Origin: Vicugna vicugna
Taxonomy: Eukaryota
Length of the DNA: 64,000 nucleotides
NCBI GenBank assembly: GCA_013265495.1
Contig: MU058337.1
Span: forward strand, 1,294,777-1,358,776
Direction of reading: 5' to 3'
A model generated the notes under the pieces. That model made no database searches. It was not told the DNA's origin and saw nothing but the letters and a program-made list of their open reading frames with translations. The position numbers were made by a program, and so were the translations under genes. Positions 52,105 to 63,897 of this stretch are shown one piece after another. Position 1 is the stretch's first letter; each line of letters starts with the position of its first letter.

Positions 52105-54200
52105 GTAAGATGCAGTCTTTTACTTGGCCTATCTGTTAATATCCTCATATTCTGTGTTCTTTAATCATTTTAATTATATATGCAACTTTCCGACGAGAAA
52201 CTTCTGCTCCAACCCAGAAACGCTTTTATGTCCAATAGTCTAATTACTTTGCTGGTTTCTACTTAGTGCTTCTTCCCGCTCTGACTCCACCTTGATTTCC
52301 TCCTATTTTTCATTCTGACACACACACAAATGATTGTTAATATCCTTTCTAGAAATTGACTCCTGGTTACAGTTCTCTTCAGTTAATAGCTTGGAGTAGG
52401 CAGGCATGAGCCCATAAAAATACAATCTTTAATCTTAAGGACTTCCTGTCCAACTGGGCGTCAGGGCAGACCAAACGGCACCGAGCAAACAGCCTGACCC
52501 GCGCTGGCTCCTAGGGCGGATAAACAACCCTGATTAAGAGTCACACTCTGGTAGCGATAGCCTCCGTGTTTCTGCATCTGAAACAGTCATCTTGCCTATG
52601 CTGAAATTTCAGTTTGTTTCCCCTCGAATAAAATAAAGCTTATTCAGAGAGTGAGTGCAGGGAGAGTGTTGGATTTCCTTTCCTGGGTTAGAGAAACATA
52701 ATAACTCTGTCATGGGGCATCACACTGGTACCTAGAAACCACCAGAAAGGGGAAGGGGCCTGTTTGCTCAGCCCCAGCTGTTAGTTTTTCTGGTAGCTCC
52801 AGTGTCCTGCAACATTGGTCTCGGTGCACCCTCCCATTGGCTTTTTAAAGCTCTCACAACGTCCCTCTGGGTCACAACAGAACTATCTCAACCTTGGCCG
52901 CTGCACTGAGCCCGGTCCCTTGGCGTATATTTTGAAACCGTGCCAACGTAGGACCACCCACCCCTTGCAGGCTCATCCTGGATTCCCTCCTTTGCCTGTG
53001 AGAAACAGACACTCCCCTGAAAACAGTGGGCTGTAAACGGAGACAAGTTAAGAATCAGCACCAGTTTCTCATAAATCCAAATTCCAGTTTCCCACCAGTC
53101 TGAGTTCTACATAAAAAGGCCTAACACGCACTACCCTGTGGAAAATGCTTGCTCATCTTCGCAGACCCACGTCCACTTACTCAGCTGCTCTCTCTCCTTG
53201 GTGGAGAGAAATAGTAAAACTCAGCACGAGAATTGCAGGAGGAGGTTATCAGAAACGGGCAGATGTATTACCATTTCTGTTTTTAAAGCCTGGCTGGGGG
53301 TGGGACGAGAGACAGACTTATCTGCAGCAAATGCGTATGAATATTTTCCCCATGGTAACTTGCAGTTGCCTGGATGGAGTCCACATTTTTTATCATTCTG
53401 TAGAAAATATAGGCGAAGCAACTAAAAGAAAGGATGATAATGTGACATAATCTTTCATGAGGGCTAACCTGATAATAATTTCCTAATTTTGATACAACAT
53501 GGAAATATAAAATAAGACTTTGTAGACACTAATAAAAATAGCATAGAAACATTGGAATGAATATAGTACCAACATTTAACTGAAAATAGACCTATTAAGA
53601 GTTTTCTGTCATTCAAAGGTCAGATTCACTGTGAATCTTTCATTTTACTTCTTAGACTCAAAAAGTAAAATTTTATTTGAGTAAAATATTCAAAATCACT
53701 TTATTGAGACCTCTTACGTATCATAAATAGTATACGTTGCTCCTGTTTGTTTAAAATCCCTTTCTTACTTTTGAGACAAAAAAATTAAAATATGTGATGC
53801 TGAAATCTAAGAAATATAAGGACTGTCCTGTTTTAAAAATGCTATTCCTTTAATATAATGTCATCCCAACTTTTCAAATCATATGGCATGATTGATACTT
53901 CCTAAAAGTTCACAAGGAGATGTCATCGTTTCGATCTATGGGCACAAGTATGCTGTCCTCTGCAGCATCTCTGCTCAGAGCGCTCAGGGATAGTGCTTAT
54001 GGTGTCACATGGCCTCAAATAATTCACACAGATTCTAGACTCGATCAGAAAAATTTGATAATGACTTTAATGACAATACAAACCTGCAGTTGAAAAATAA
54101 AAGATATAAACTGGCTTATCTGCTAATGTTTATCTTTAAGACAAATAAAATCTTGCTAATGTGAGTAAGGCCTGGAACAACAACAACAACAATCTCCCTC

Positions 54201-54937
54201 AAATGTAAATTGGCACAGCCACTACGGAAAACAGCGTGGAGGTTCCTAAAAAACCAAAAAACAGTTACCATATGGGCCAGCAAACCCCACTCCTGGGCAT
54301 ATAACTCTAATTTGAAAAGGTACATGCACTCTAATGTTCATTGCAGCACTACTTACAATAGCCAAGAAAGACATGGAAGCAACCTAAGTGTCCATCAACA
54401 GATGAATGAATAAAAAAGATGTGGTATATAGTAACAGTGGAATACTACGCAGCCATAAAAAGGAATGCCGTATTGCCATTTGCAGCAACATGGATGGACC
54501 TAGAGACTATCATACTGAGTGAAGTAAGTCAGAGAAAGACAAATATATGTTATCACTTATATGTTGAATCTGAAAAAAAGGTGGTACAAATGAACTTATT
54601 TACAGAACAGAAACAGACTCACAGACATAAAAATCAAACTATGATTACCAAAGTGGAAAGGGAGGGGAGAGGGCTAAATCAGGAGTATGGGATTAACAGA
54701 TACACACACTGCTATATATAAACTAGATAAACAACAAGGATTTACTGTATAGCACAGGGAACTATATTCAATATCTTATAATAGCATATAACGGAAAAGA
54801 ATATGAGAAAGTATGTGTGTGTGTATATATATATGTGTGTATATATATATATATATATACACACACCTCTAAATCACTTTGCTGTACACCTGAAACTAAC
54901 ACAATATTGTAAATCAAATATACTTCAGTTTTAAAAA
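54201..54937 (+). mobile_element. 5'-truncated cetartiodactyl-type L1
   Basis: ORF2 end (ORF-track peptide ...PFAATWMDLETIILSEVSQRK) plus a 3' UTR similar to the 35.2-kb copy. Confidence 0.95.
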
Positions 54938-55019
54938 TTCTCTTTGAAAATTAGTTTTTGTTCTCTATATTAATAATACAAGAAGTTTAAAACTTTAAAA
55001 ATTAAAAAAAAATAGAGTA

Positions 55020-55320
55020 GAGAGAACTCAGGACAGAAACTAGGAGCCCTGGGTCCCCATCCTGACTAAGGCCAGCATGACCCCAGCGAACCACTTCCCT
55101 TCTTTGGGCCTCAGTGTCCCCTCTGGGAACCTCTTCTAAGGAATACAAGGCCGGTGCCAGAGCCCAGCGGCAACACTCGTGCCGCTCGCCCGGCACATCC
55201 TAACCGCTGTTCACACACTCACTCAGTCAGTCTCCCCAGACCCCCTGGGGCAGGTGCTGATGGGTGAGAAAACTGAGGCCCAGGAAGGCACGGCGTCCAT
55301 GCAGGACCCCAGCTGCTGAC
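55020..55320. mobile_element. Two MIR fragments in opposite orientation
   Basis: ctttgggcctcagtgtcccc (+) and tgagaaaactgaggcccagg (-). Confidence 0.6.
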
Positions 55321-55833
55321 CACCGCACCGCACCACACCGCACCGCACAGCGCTCCATTCTGGGGCTCCAGTGCTAAGCTGAAGGAGAGTGAAGAAAAAA
55401 GGCATCCCTGGCAAGAAACAGAGTGAGGCTGCTTTACACACCAGGGCCACTCACCAGTCTCACCCAACAGCATCGACATGCAGTTTGGGCTCATCCTCAC
55501 GTCTGGAGGCTTCTGGGTGCAGGCAGGGACTCTGTGGGGTAATGGAAGGTTGGGGTGACCAGGTCCCACTGTCTTATCCCCTCAGGTTTCAGAAAACTGA
55601 TTGAAAAATAAACACGTGTAGAAGGGCCCAGAGGTGATGTTGCTTACGAGAGCAGATTCACGCTTGAAGACTGACAGGGGAATCGTCCCACAGACCCGAG
55701 AGCCACTGGAGGCATCCATGAAGGAGCCCTTCAAATTGTCTCTGTTTCTGCTGTGGTTTTCACAATCTTCTAAAGGATCTAAACAAAGTGAATTTAAAAA
55801 GCTAGTAACTTAATGCATCTCTTCTTTTGTCAG

Positions 55834-55861
55834 AACGAGTGAGCAAAGGTCACTACCGCAG
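55834..55861 (+). CDS. Candidate cassette exon (KRVSKGHYR)
   Basis: Branch-like acttaat, strong acceptor tctcttcttttgtcag|, donor CAG|gtgtga (alternative GGT|gtgagc 2 nt downstream); 28 nt, phase 1 to 2. Confidence 0.45.
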
Positions 55862-56967
55862 GTGTGAGCACGGCAGGGTAGCTTTCTCCACTGCAAACTC
55901 CCGAGGAGGATCTCTAAACACTTGCAGTTCCCCGGGCTGACTCCAGCCTGTTTCTTACAGGTACAAAGTTATCCTCTTTAAGAAAGGCCTACTTGTGGTC
56001 TACTTTTGTGTGTGTGTGTGTATGTGTGTGTGGACTGGACAATCGGTGTCTGGAACGCAAGCCCCCTGTTTTCACCAAGACATGTCTCTTGTCAAAGATT
56101 TGGAAATAGTGGTGCCGACACTCTTTTTTTTCCCCAAATATCTTTTTATACAAAACCTTTGAGCCTAAGCTTGGATGGATGATTTCATGTGTTTGAGCTC
56201 CTTATAGATGATGTGTGAATTGCTTGAAGATTGAAGAACTGATGTATTGACATAATTGCGTTATATGTTTAGCCGTCTTTTTTTCTAAAATAGGCACAGG
56301 GCTCCTGAGATCTAGAGAGAGAACCTGCCCTTCCTCCTGTATCACACTGCGACGCTCTGAACTAGCAAAATGACCTATGTGGAGCGACAAAGGGCCTGGT
56401 GGCTTTTTCAAAACAGAGTGGACTCCAGACGCTGCTCCTGCCCAGTGAATCTGACCTTGCATCATCTTGTCATGATGATAAATTGCTTGTACAATTCATA
56501 GTTGGAGCAGATGGAAGAGGGCAGGTCATTAAAATCTAAATCTGTTCCCCAAACAAAAGGATAATTGTTTACTTCTCAATGAAACATAGATTTCTCATAT
56601 AGGAAATTCGGAATATTCTAGTTTAAGTAGCTGAAGCAATTATGCAGTTAGGGACACCTAGACTATCGTAAAATTAAGGTTGGCTCCAAATGAAGTTAAA
56701 TAGAAGGCACTCATTCACTTATTCACCAGACTCACTGAGTGCCTGCTAGTTTCCAGGAATAGAAAGATTTACCAGAAAATATGCTGTAAAAATAAATGAT
56801 ATTTTTCTTTCCATTAAATATTTAAATTATGGGCAAATAAAACTTACGGTGTGTTACTACAGCCCAGACATATAGAGAGACTGTTTTAAGATGTGCTATG
56901 TGATGGCAAGAAGGAGATGGGACACATTTTGGCTTTTAAAACACTTGTAAATCCATTAATCTTCAAG

Positions 56968-57000
56968 GGTATACAAAAGAAAAAACCCAGATTTTAAAAG
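56968..57000 (+). CDS. Candidate gene exon (RVYKRKNPDFK or RYTKEKTQILK)
   Basis: Acceptor attaatcttcaag|, strong donor AAG|gtaagc; 33 nt, open in two frames. Confidence 0.5.
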
Positions 57001-57274
57001 GTAAGCCCACAGATGGAGAAAAATAATGTAAAAGCTAAAATGAACTCCATTTATTGGCCTTAGAGCTTTATTCCAGCCACAGTAAAACAAACTCAAGAGA
57101 TTTCAGAACCAAATTCAGTGACTTATTCATTCACTCTTAATTCAGCAACTATTTATTGAGCTCTGGCATGTGACACCGTGGTGTGAAAACTCCTTGGAAA
57201 ACTGTCAGCAATATATTATTGACCCCAAAAGTCATCCTGGTTCCAGAGTCCCTCCCAGGGCATTAGGTGTACCT

Positions 57275-57310
57275 TTGGTGGAGCTGAATGGCATTATTCA
57301 GCTCCATTAA
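57275..57310. repeat. Inverted repeat/hairpin
   Basis: TGGAGCTGAAT (57279-57289) and ATTCAGCTCCA (57296-57306), 6-nt loop, extendable by 4 pairs with G:U. Confidence 0.85.
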
Positions 57311-57329
57311 CCAGATGGCCTCCAAAATA

Positions 57330-57545
57330 ATCATTCACTAAAAACTCCAAATTCTACGTATTACCCTACAATGTGCTGGACACTTTTCATCGCTCCTCAC
57401 TTAACTCTGCAACAGCTCCCAGAGGTCACAGGTGTCACCACCCTTCTTCACAATCAGCAAACCTCTGTCTTAGGCAGCAGATTCTGCCCAAAGTCTCACA
57501 GGTAGAGGGGCAGAGTCATGACTGGAATTCAGGTTTGACTTGCCC
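57330..57545 (-). mobile_element. MIR
   Basis: ctgcccaaagtctcacaggtagaggggcagagtcatgactggaattcaggtttgact. Confidence 0.7.
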
Positions 57546-57964
57546 CCACGTCCTTTCATTTCACTTCAATACATTATGCCCCAGGAAAGGGACAGTTCTC
57601 CATCTCGGCAAGATCTCTGAGTTCTTACGGAAGAAAGTGCACTGTTTCATTTTAACGTTGGTATCGATTTTTTTTTAATGAGTTACAGCTCAAGTAGTTT
57701 GTTTTCAGAAAGTGTAATTGTGAATTCCTACAGGCCAGCATTTGTGAAAACTTAACCAGAGATACCTGGTGTTTGAAGGACAACCTAAGGGGCGTTTGAT
57801 TTACCCATTCCTCTAGATTTTCTAAGCCATATTCCTGAATAATATCATCAAAACCTCAAACAACTAGATTATGTTATCTTCACTCTCTTAGAGGAAATTC
57901 ATTACACAGGTTGAAATTCAATGTAATGTCCTCAGATTTAAAGGGATGGTATAAAAGACTCATT

Positions 57965-58230
57965 AGAAGAATTCACTCATGCAACAAACCTTTACTGAAT
58001 GCTTCCTTCTGCCAGCCCCGTGTCTGAATAACAATGTTGAACAAAACTAAATTTGGCCTCCAGGCTCATCAAACTTACATTCACTTAGTCCAAGATACAG
58101 GTAATTATTACATACAAACTACAACCCTGCTAAGTACTTTGAAAGAGAGAAATATGATGCTCTAAGGGTGGATCATAATGGAGTTTGACTTAGGCAGGAA
58201 ATTCTTCTGCAAAATGATCAGAATGATCCT
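57965..58230 (-). mobile_element. LINE-2 3' end, antisense
   Basis: attcactcatgcaacaaacctttactgaatgctt...ctcatcaaacttacattc...ctaagtactttgaaaga. Confidence 0.7.
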
Positions 58231-59417
58231 GCAGAATGAAAACTATCTATTTTTCTTAGAATCCATATGAGAAGCATTCTTTGTAAAATTAAGTCAATTA
58301 AAAATATATTACACTACTTGATTGTGTGGTTTTAATAGCCTTTTATCTGACAAAGACCAAATCTAATCTAATCTAATCTGAAACAGTCTAGTCCTTTTTT
58401 TATAAACTCACTTTCTAGAAACTCAAAGCTAAATTTGTTGTTGGACGTAATTCATTTCCTTGTTAATTTAATTTTGTTTTCTTTGTGTTTTAATTGCTCT
58501 GTTGTAGATATGCTTTAACATTTAATATGCCTGAATTTTTTTGGTAAATTGATAAAAAAAATAAGATTAATAAATAACATATTTTTAATTGTCTCCTGAC
58601 TTGTCACTGGATTTAAAAAAAAATTTTTTTCACAGAAAACCTTGTTGAACCCCAGCTAGGAGTTGAAAATCCACTTGGATGGTTGAGAAGATTTCAAAGG
58701 AGCATTAATGGATGAGTCGGTAACAAACCCAGGGCAGTAAGTATTTGGAACTATCGAGATCAATGGTCTTCAATATCCTTCAGGAGAAAATGTAAAAATT
58801 TACAACAATCTACCTTTCACTCTTCAACTCTTATTCTTTCTACTGCAAGGGATAGAATGTGGAGTAAAAGTGCCTGTCCCTTTCATCAACACTCAAAGTC
58901 ACACCAGGATAGTGCAATCTGATCGTAGCAAGCTTCTTAGTTACCCTTGCTCAGCCAGACTTAGGCAGCGAGAGATGAGGAAAAGCAAACCCACAGAATC
59001 TACGAGGGCCAGTGGAGACACTGCCCCCAGGCGGTGCTGCACCAGCCCCAGCCTCCCACGTGGAGAGGCCTGACAGAGAGCCAGGGCCAGAGGCACGCAT
59101 GCCACCCTGCGTTGCTTGCACTTAGAGGAGTGTTCTCTTCAGAGATTCTTGACATCTGAGAATTACACGTGTTGTTTGAGAGTCACATTAGTCACACCTG
59201 CGGGAGACATGAGATTTAGTGCCAGTCTGTTTCACTACCTATTTTTACCAATAAAATTTGTATTTAACACAGTAACAGCCCTTTTGATATTTTTCCCCAC
59301 TGGTTTAAGTTTTGCTTTTTAGACCTTGGCCTTAAAAGCTCTGACGTCCTTATAGAGTGACCTTTTGCTGACTTTGTGAGATACGTTGATTACAGGAAAA
59401 AATCCTTTTCCTTATAG

Positions 59418-59449
59418 GGCGAGAAGACTTAAAAAATTTGCTGAACTCG
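59418..59449 (+). CDS. Candidate gene exon (RARRLKKFAEL or GREDLKNLLNS)
   Basis: Acceptor atccttttccttatag|, donor TCG|gtaaat; 32 nt, open in two frames. Confidence 0.5.
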
Positions 59450-60984
59450 GTAAATACTCGTTCTCCAAACCTCAATATCCAAATCTGCAAAACTACAAGT
59501 GAATTTTTTAAATCTTCCTTGAAATTAAAGGTATGCTTATAAAAATTCAAGGTCCTTAGGATAAGATCAGAAAAGCTTGGAGAGCTGCAACGTGTCTAAT
59601 GCCTTGCATTCTCCTTCTACCTTCAAGTTACGCTCCTGTCACTGAGTTGAAGCATTGAGAATGTGTTCCCATTAATCCAGGGACCATGAAAGATGTTCTG
59701 TCAATGAATGATTCTGACCCAGGTATGATTTGAATGTTTACGCAGAACTGTAATGGAAACATTTTAATTAAGCAAATTGCTTCTATTCCAACTAATCTTT
59801 AATGTGTCACAAAGCAGATGGCTATCCCTCTAATTCCATTTCTGTAATGGATTTATGTGGGGGCTATTTTGAAAAAGTTAACTGGTCACAATAATATATA
59901 TACCTAGTCACACTGATGACTTACTCAAATAGTCTTTTTCTGTGCTATTATTTCATATCCTTCATACTTTTATCTTGGTCGTGAAAGTTTACAAACTGCA
60001 CAGTGAAATACTGTCTGTCCGTTTGTTTATTAAACATTAGACACCAAATCATATTCAGATTGGGTGTAATTAGGAAGCATCAATGCCTTCATTGGTCTAA
60101 CCTTAGTTCAACTTTTTTAAACAAACCAACCTACACTAATTTTGATCCGGGAGATGAGTTTCAGCAGTACTTTCCAGTATTAGTGGCCACACGGCTGATA
60201 GGTAGGTGACAAACCCATGGTGAAGTCATGAGATGAATGAGACAGAGTCCCTTAAGCATTACCCAAATGCACCTCTTTTCTTTCAGGTTACGTGCCTTTT
60301 TCCCCCTCAAATGTCACTTTTGCTTCCAAGTATAGCTACACTTTATAATGAGTTATATATTTTAAAGGATACAGAAGAAATGGCCACTGTGGCTTTCAGG
60401 GGTCAAGACAGCCCTTCCACCCAGCACACGGGGACACCAGGGACTAACCACCTCCAACTTCTGTGTCTACATCCACAGTGAATTGAAATCAAGTAAAGGG
60501 AGGTTTCCAAGGTCTGCTGATCAAAGCCCAGCTCCCGTGCTCAAGATAACTTGAGTAAAACTGCCCCCAGATAAACATCTCTTCAGTTTTTAACTTCTCT
60601 GTAATGAAGGTGTGTACTGCCTGAAAAAATCTACTCCAGACTTTGCGTCTGGAGGATTTGTGTCTCTCATGTTTCAAGGAAGTCGCACAAAGTTGATGAG
60701 CTATGCATCTTAACTACTCAACCTTCATGAATGTGCATGCCTTTCAGTGTCATGATGCTGTTGGGAGGGACGTTGGAGAAATGAAATAGGGGCTCTAGGC
60801 AAAGCTTGTGCCAGACAACCAGGGGAGCTGCTCGAGCAGGGATCAAATAAGACAAAAGGGACCCAAGGGCAGTAAGACAGAAATAACAGTGCTAGGAAGA
60901 GACGGTTAAAGGGTATGTGTGAGACTAACACAACTCAGCTCCCCTCTGGTAACTCAGTTTCCTTATGTTAACCTCCGTTTGAAG

Positions 60985-61036
60985 CGTCTCACCAAGCCAA
61001 TCCAAGAACGCCATCCACCCCAGATGAATGCATCTG
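60985..61036 (+). CDS. Candidate gene exon (ASHQANPRTPSTPDECI or RLTKPIQERHPPQMNAS)
   Basis: Acceptor gttaacctccgtttgaag|, donor CTG|gtaaag; 52 nt, open in two frames. Confidence 0.45.
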
Positions 61037-62450
61037 GTAAAGAATAACACCAAGAAGTCAATAAGGAAAAGTAAACTCAGACAGCTGTGGTGACAAAAAA
61101 AAAAGTAGAGGTGATATGTGCATAACATAGAAAGAAGCATGGTGACAACACAGTGAGGAGCAGACGACAGGATATGTTATCCTCCATCACACAGCACCGC
61201 AGGCCAGGGAGAGCTCCTCTTTTCAGGTTAGGAACTGAATATCAAAGAAACGTCAATGGAAGCTCACTGGCGGTCTGTTCTAGAATACTTGCCCCACTAT
61301 GTAACTTCTAATGCCTACTTCTCAGACTTTGTCACTGAGAAAATTTCTAACCTCTTTTGCTTAAATGCATACTTTTGGTGTCAAATCTTTTCCCTTATGA
61401 AGGATAATTTTTTTTTAAACACTAAGCCTTTCCTAAATGAGATTTCCTAGGGAAGACACTGGTGACTCTGGTCTGGCAAATCTTCCTTTTATAATTCGCT
61501 GTTTCCAAACAAAGTATGGCTTGGATCAAAAAGCACCATCACCGGAATTGGAAACTGCTGTATTTTGTGAAAATCCGAAGTGCAAATGAAGATGTGTAAG
61601 TGAGAAAAAAAGTGATTTTACCCAGAGGATGTTTTCCAGTTTATTTCCAGAGGCTGATAAACCCTTGTCTTGATTTCAGCTGGAGAGACCTGAGAAAACT
61701 TTGAGCTTAGATGAAGCACAGGGAGTCCTGTTCAACAGTAACATTAAAATAAAATAATTTGTATCTTGGTAGTGCCTCGTGTTTGCTGGTTGCTATATAA
61801 AGTTAACCAAAAAGACATCAGCCTATAAGGACCACGTGGTGTAAACAAATGGACAGCGAGAAAGCTCGGTTTTTACTGTAACACTGAGAGAGTGAAAACT
61901 GATGCAAATATCGGAGGCTCCTTTTTCTTTCTTATTAAATTAATAAGCATTTGTTAAGCGCAGCACTGAAGAAAGCTATGAGTGCATTTCATCCGTGCGT
62001 CACAGTGCGACTGGCCAACCAGGAGTCTGGGAAGCAGGGGATGCACACATGTGAGGGGCAGATGTGAAGTTATGTACAACTGTTTTCACAAGAAAATTAA
62101 AAAAGAGGAACTGAAGATAAGAAGACAGCCAACAGGAGATAAGACAAAAAGAAAACGCCTTCTGATATGAAGGCCCCATTTGAAGAGAGTAAACTGAAAA
62201 AACCGAGGTAATTCCACAGATTCTCCAAACATAAAAACTATGTTTTGGTGGCAAACATTCCAGTCGTGGGCCTTTGTGGGTAGTCTATGCGCCTCTTATT
62301 TTTAAATTTCTGCTGAAAATCCACCAACCATCCTATTTCTTTCTCCACTTTTATAGTGCTCCTTGAAAAATGGCATTTAAAAGAAGGAACTTCTTTTTTA
62401 AAAAGGCACGTGTGATTTTTTTGGTGAAGACCTATTACTGTCTTATAAAG

Positions 62451-62494
62451 GTGAAGGTTTTATGCTGGTGGAAGAACCCAAAGACCAAATCTGA
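62451..62494 (+). CDS. Candidate terminal exon (W-stop in frame A; GEGFMLVEEPKDQI-stop in frame B)
   Basis: Acceptor ctattactgtcttataaag|; TGA at 62452-62454 (frame A) or 62492-62494 (frame B); followed by two AATAAA. Confidence 0.45.
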
Positions 62495-62546
62495 AAAGAA
62501 GCTGGGAATCCCTGGGGCTTTGGAATGTTGAAAGGAACACTGTAGA

Positions 62547-62574
62547 AATAAACCTGTGGCTTTATTTAAATAAA
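62547..62574 (+). terminator. Tandem polyadenylation signals
   Basis: AATAAA at 62547-62552 and 62569-62574, shortly after the candidate stop codons. Confidence 0.45.
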
Positions 62575-63539
62575 AAGGACTGGCAGGCAGAGCCTCGACC
62601 TTTGAAAAGTCCTACAGCAAGAGAATGGAACCTAATCCAAATGGATGGCTCAGTTAAATTAAGGCAAGGCTGGCAGAAAATGGCTCTAATTATTCTTCAG
62701 AGGGACTGTGCTGCAGGCACTCTGCCATGTCTACATTCAAAGAGAAAATGCAAACACAAAAATAGGATGCAAATGGCTCCCCAGTGCACTAGTGTGTCTT
62801 CAAGAAATGTTATGGGATTTTATTCTTGTTTTTAAATTTGCTACTTGTCCTCAAAAGCCATCATGTTGTTCACAACTCTCTTAAGGTTGAGCAGTTGAAC
62901 CTTCTTCGGCTTCATGCTGGGCTGTCTACATTTGTCTGAGTACTTTTTTTTTTTTTTTTTTTAGTTTTGGGACTTTCCCATCAACGTAAACTGTGAAGTT
63001 CAATGTCAAATGGAATAGCACAACTCTCAGCTGGCTCTGTGAAAACGCAAGTACAAATGTGAACTCAAGATGTGGTTTCTAATGGGTGGAAAAGAAAAGA
63101 CGTGAAGTCAAGAGTATCTATTTAGGAAATGTGTCACTTTTTACTCTTCATACTTTTAAAAATATAATAAAATAAGATGACAGAAATTCTGGGTATTTGT
63201 AGAGTGTGATTATTGCCAGCTGTCTTTGTTTTTGATAAGGGTTTGGTTCCTGTTTACCCAACACAAGGAAAACAAGGTTATTGTGAAGGCTCCCCATGGC
63301 TGTTGACATAATACACCTCACAATTCTGGAAATGAGCGCTGCTTCCTGCTCAAAACTAAAGAGAAGAAATGAGATAGGAAGGATTCTGACACATTAAAAT
63401 AGTCGTAACAGCTATAATCAATAAAGCCTTTGGTTGATGAGTAATACTATTTCTACCTTCTCACCTACCATCAAACTATGTCAAATTATTCATGAGCTCT
63501 GTGAACTCACCAGGTATTTTTAGCTCTTCCTCTTTTCTG

Positions 63540-63897
63540 AAATACCATTCCTTTCTTCTCTCTTTTCCCGAACTGATAAACATCCATTTTCCTTTAAAGC
63601 TCTAATTTCAATGCCACCTCTTCCAAAAGATTCTCCCCAAGTGTGTCAGGTACTAGACATTATCGTCTCCTCTGTACTTCTACAGCTTTTCATAAACACT
63701 ATCTTTTAACAAGTGTTATATAGTATCAGAATTAAATGTTTACATATGGCTGCCAACACTGGGCTACAAGTGTCCCACAGGCAAAATCTGTGGCTTTTTC
63801 ATCCTTCTGTCCCTGCAAACTAGTGGCACAGACACTGGCATATAGTGGTCCTTCAACATCCGTTTGTTAGACTGAATGGATGCATGAGTGAATGAAT
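63540..63897 (+). mobile_element. LINE-2 3' end
   Basis: ccttaaagctctaatttcaatgccacctcttccaaaag...ctggcatatagtggtccttcaacatccgtttgttagactgaatggatg. Confidence 0.8.

Noticed and set aside
54210..54721. ORFs resembling the L1 ORF2 C-terminus
   Set aside because: Truncated, frameshifted L1 remnant, not a host gene.
52055..57000. HMG-box-like look of KAAAEK...YKRKNPDFK
   Set aside because: The conserved N-terminal HMG motifs are missing and the spacing does not fit.
59396..59449. EKILFLIGREDLKNLLNS as a death-domain-like motif
   Set aside because: Needs a weaker upstream acceptor and a phase the preceding exon does not supply; no other death-domain helices found.
60287..60348. Strong acceptor ctcttttctttcag| followed by GYVPFSPSNVTFASKYSYTL*
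   Set aside because: No good donor or nearby poly(A) signal, so left out of the model; an alternative last exon is not excluded.
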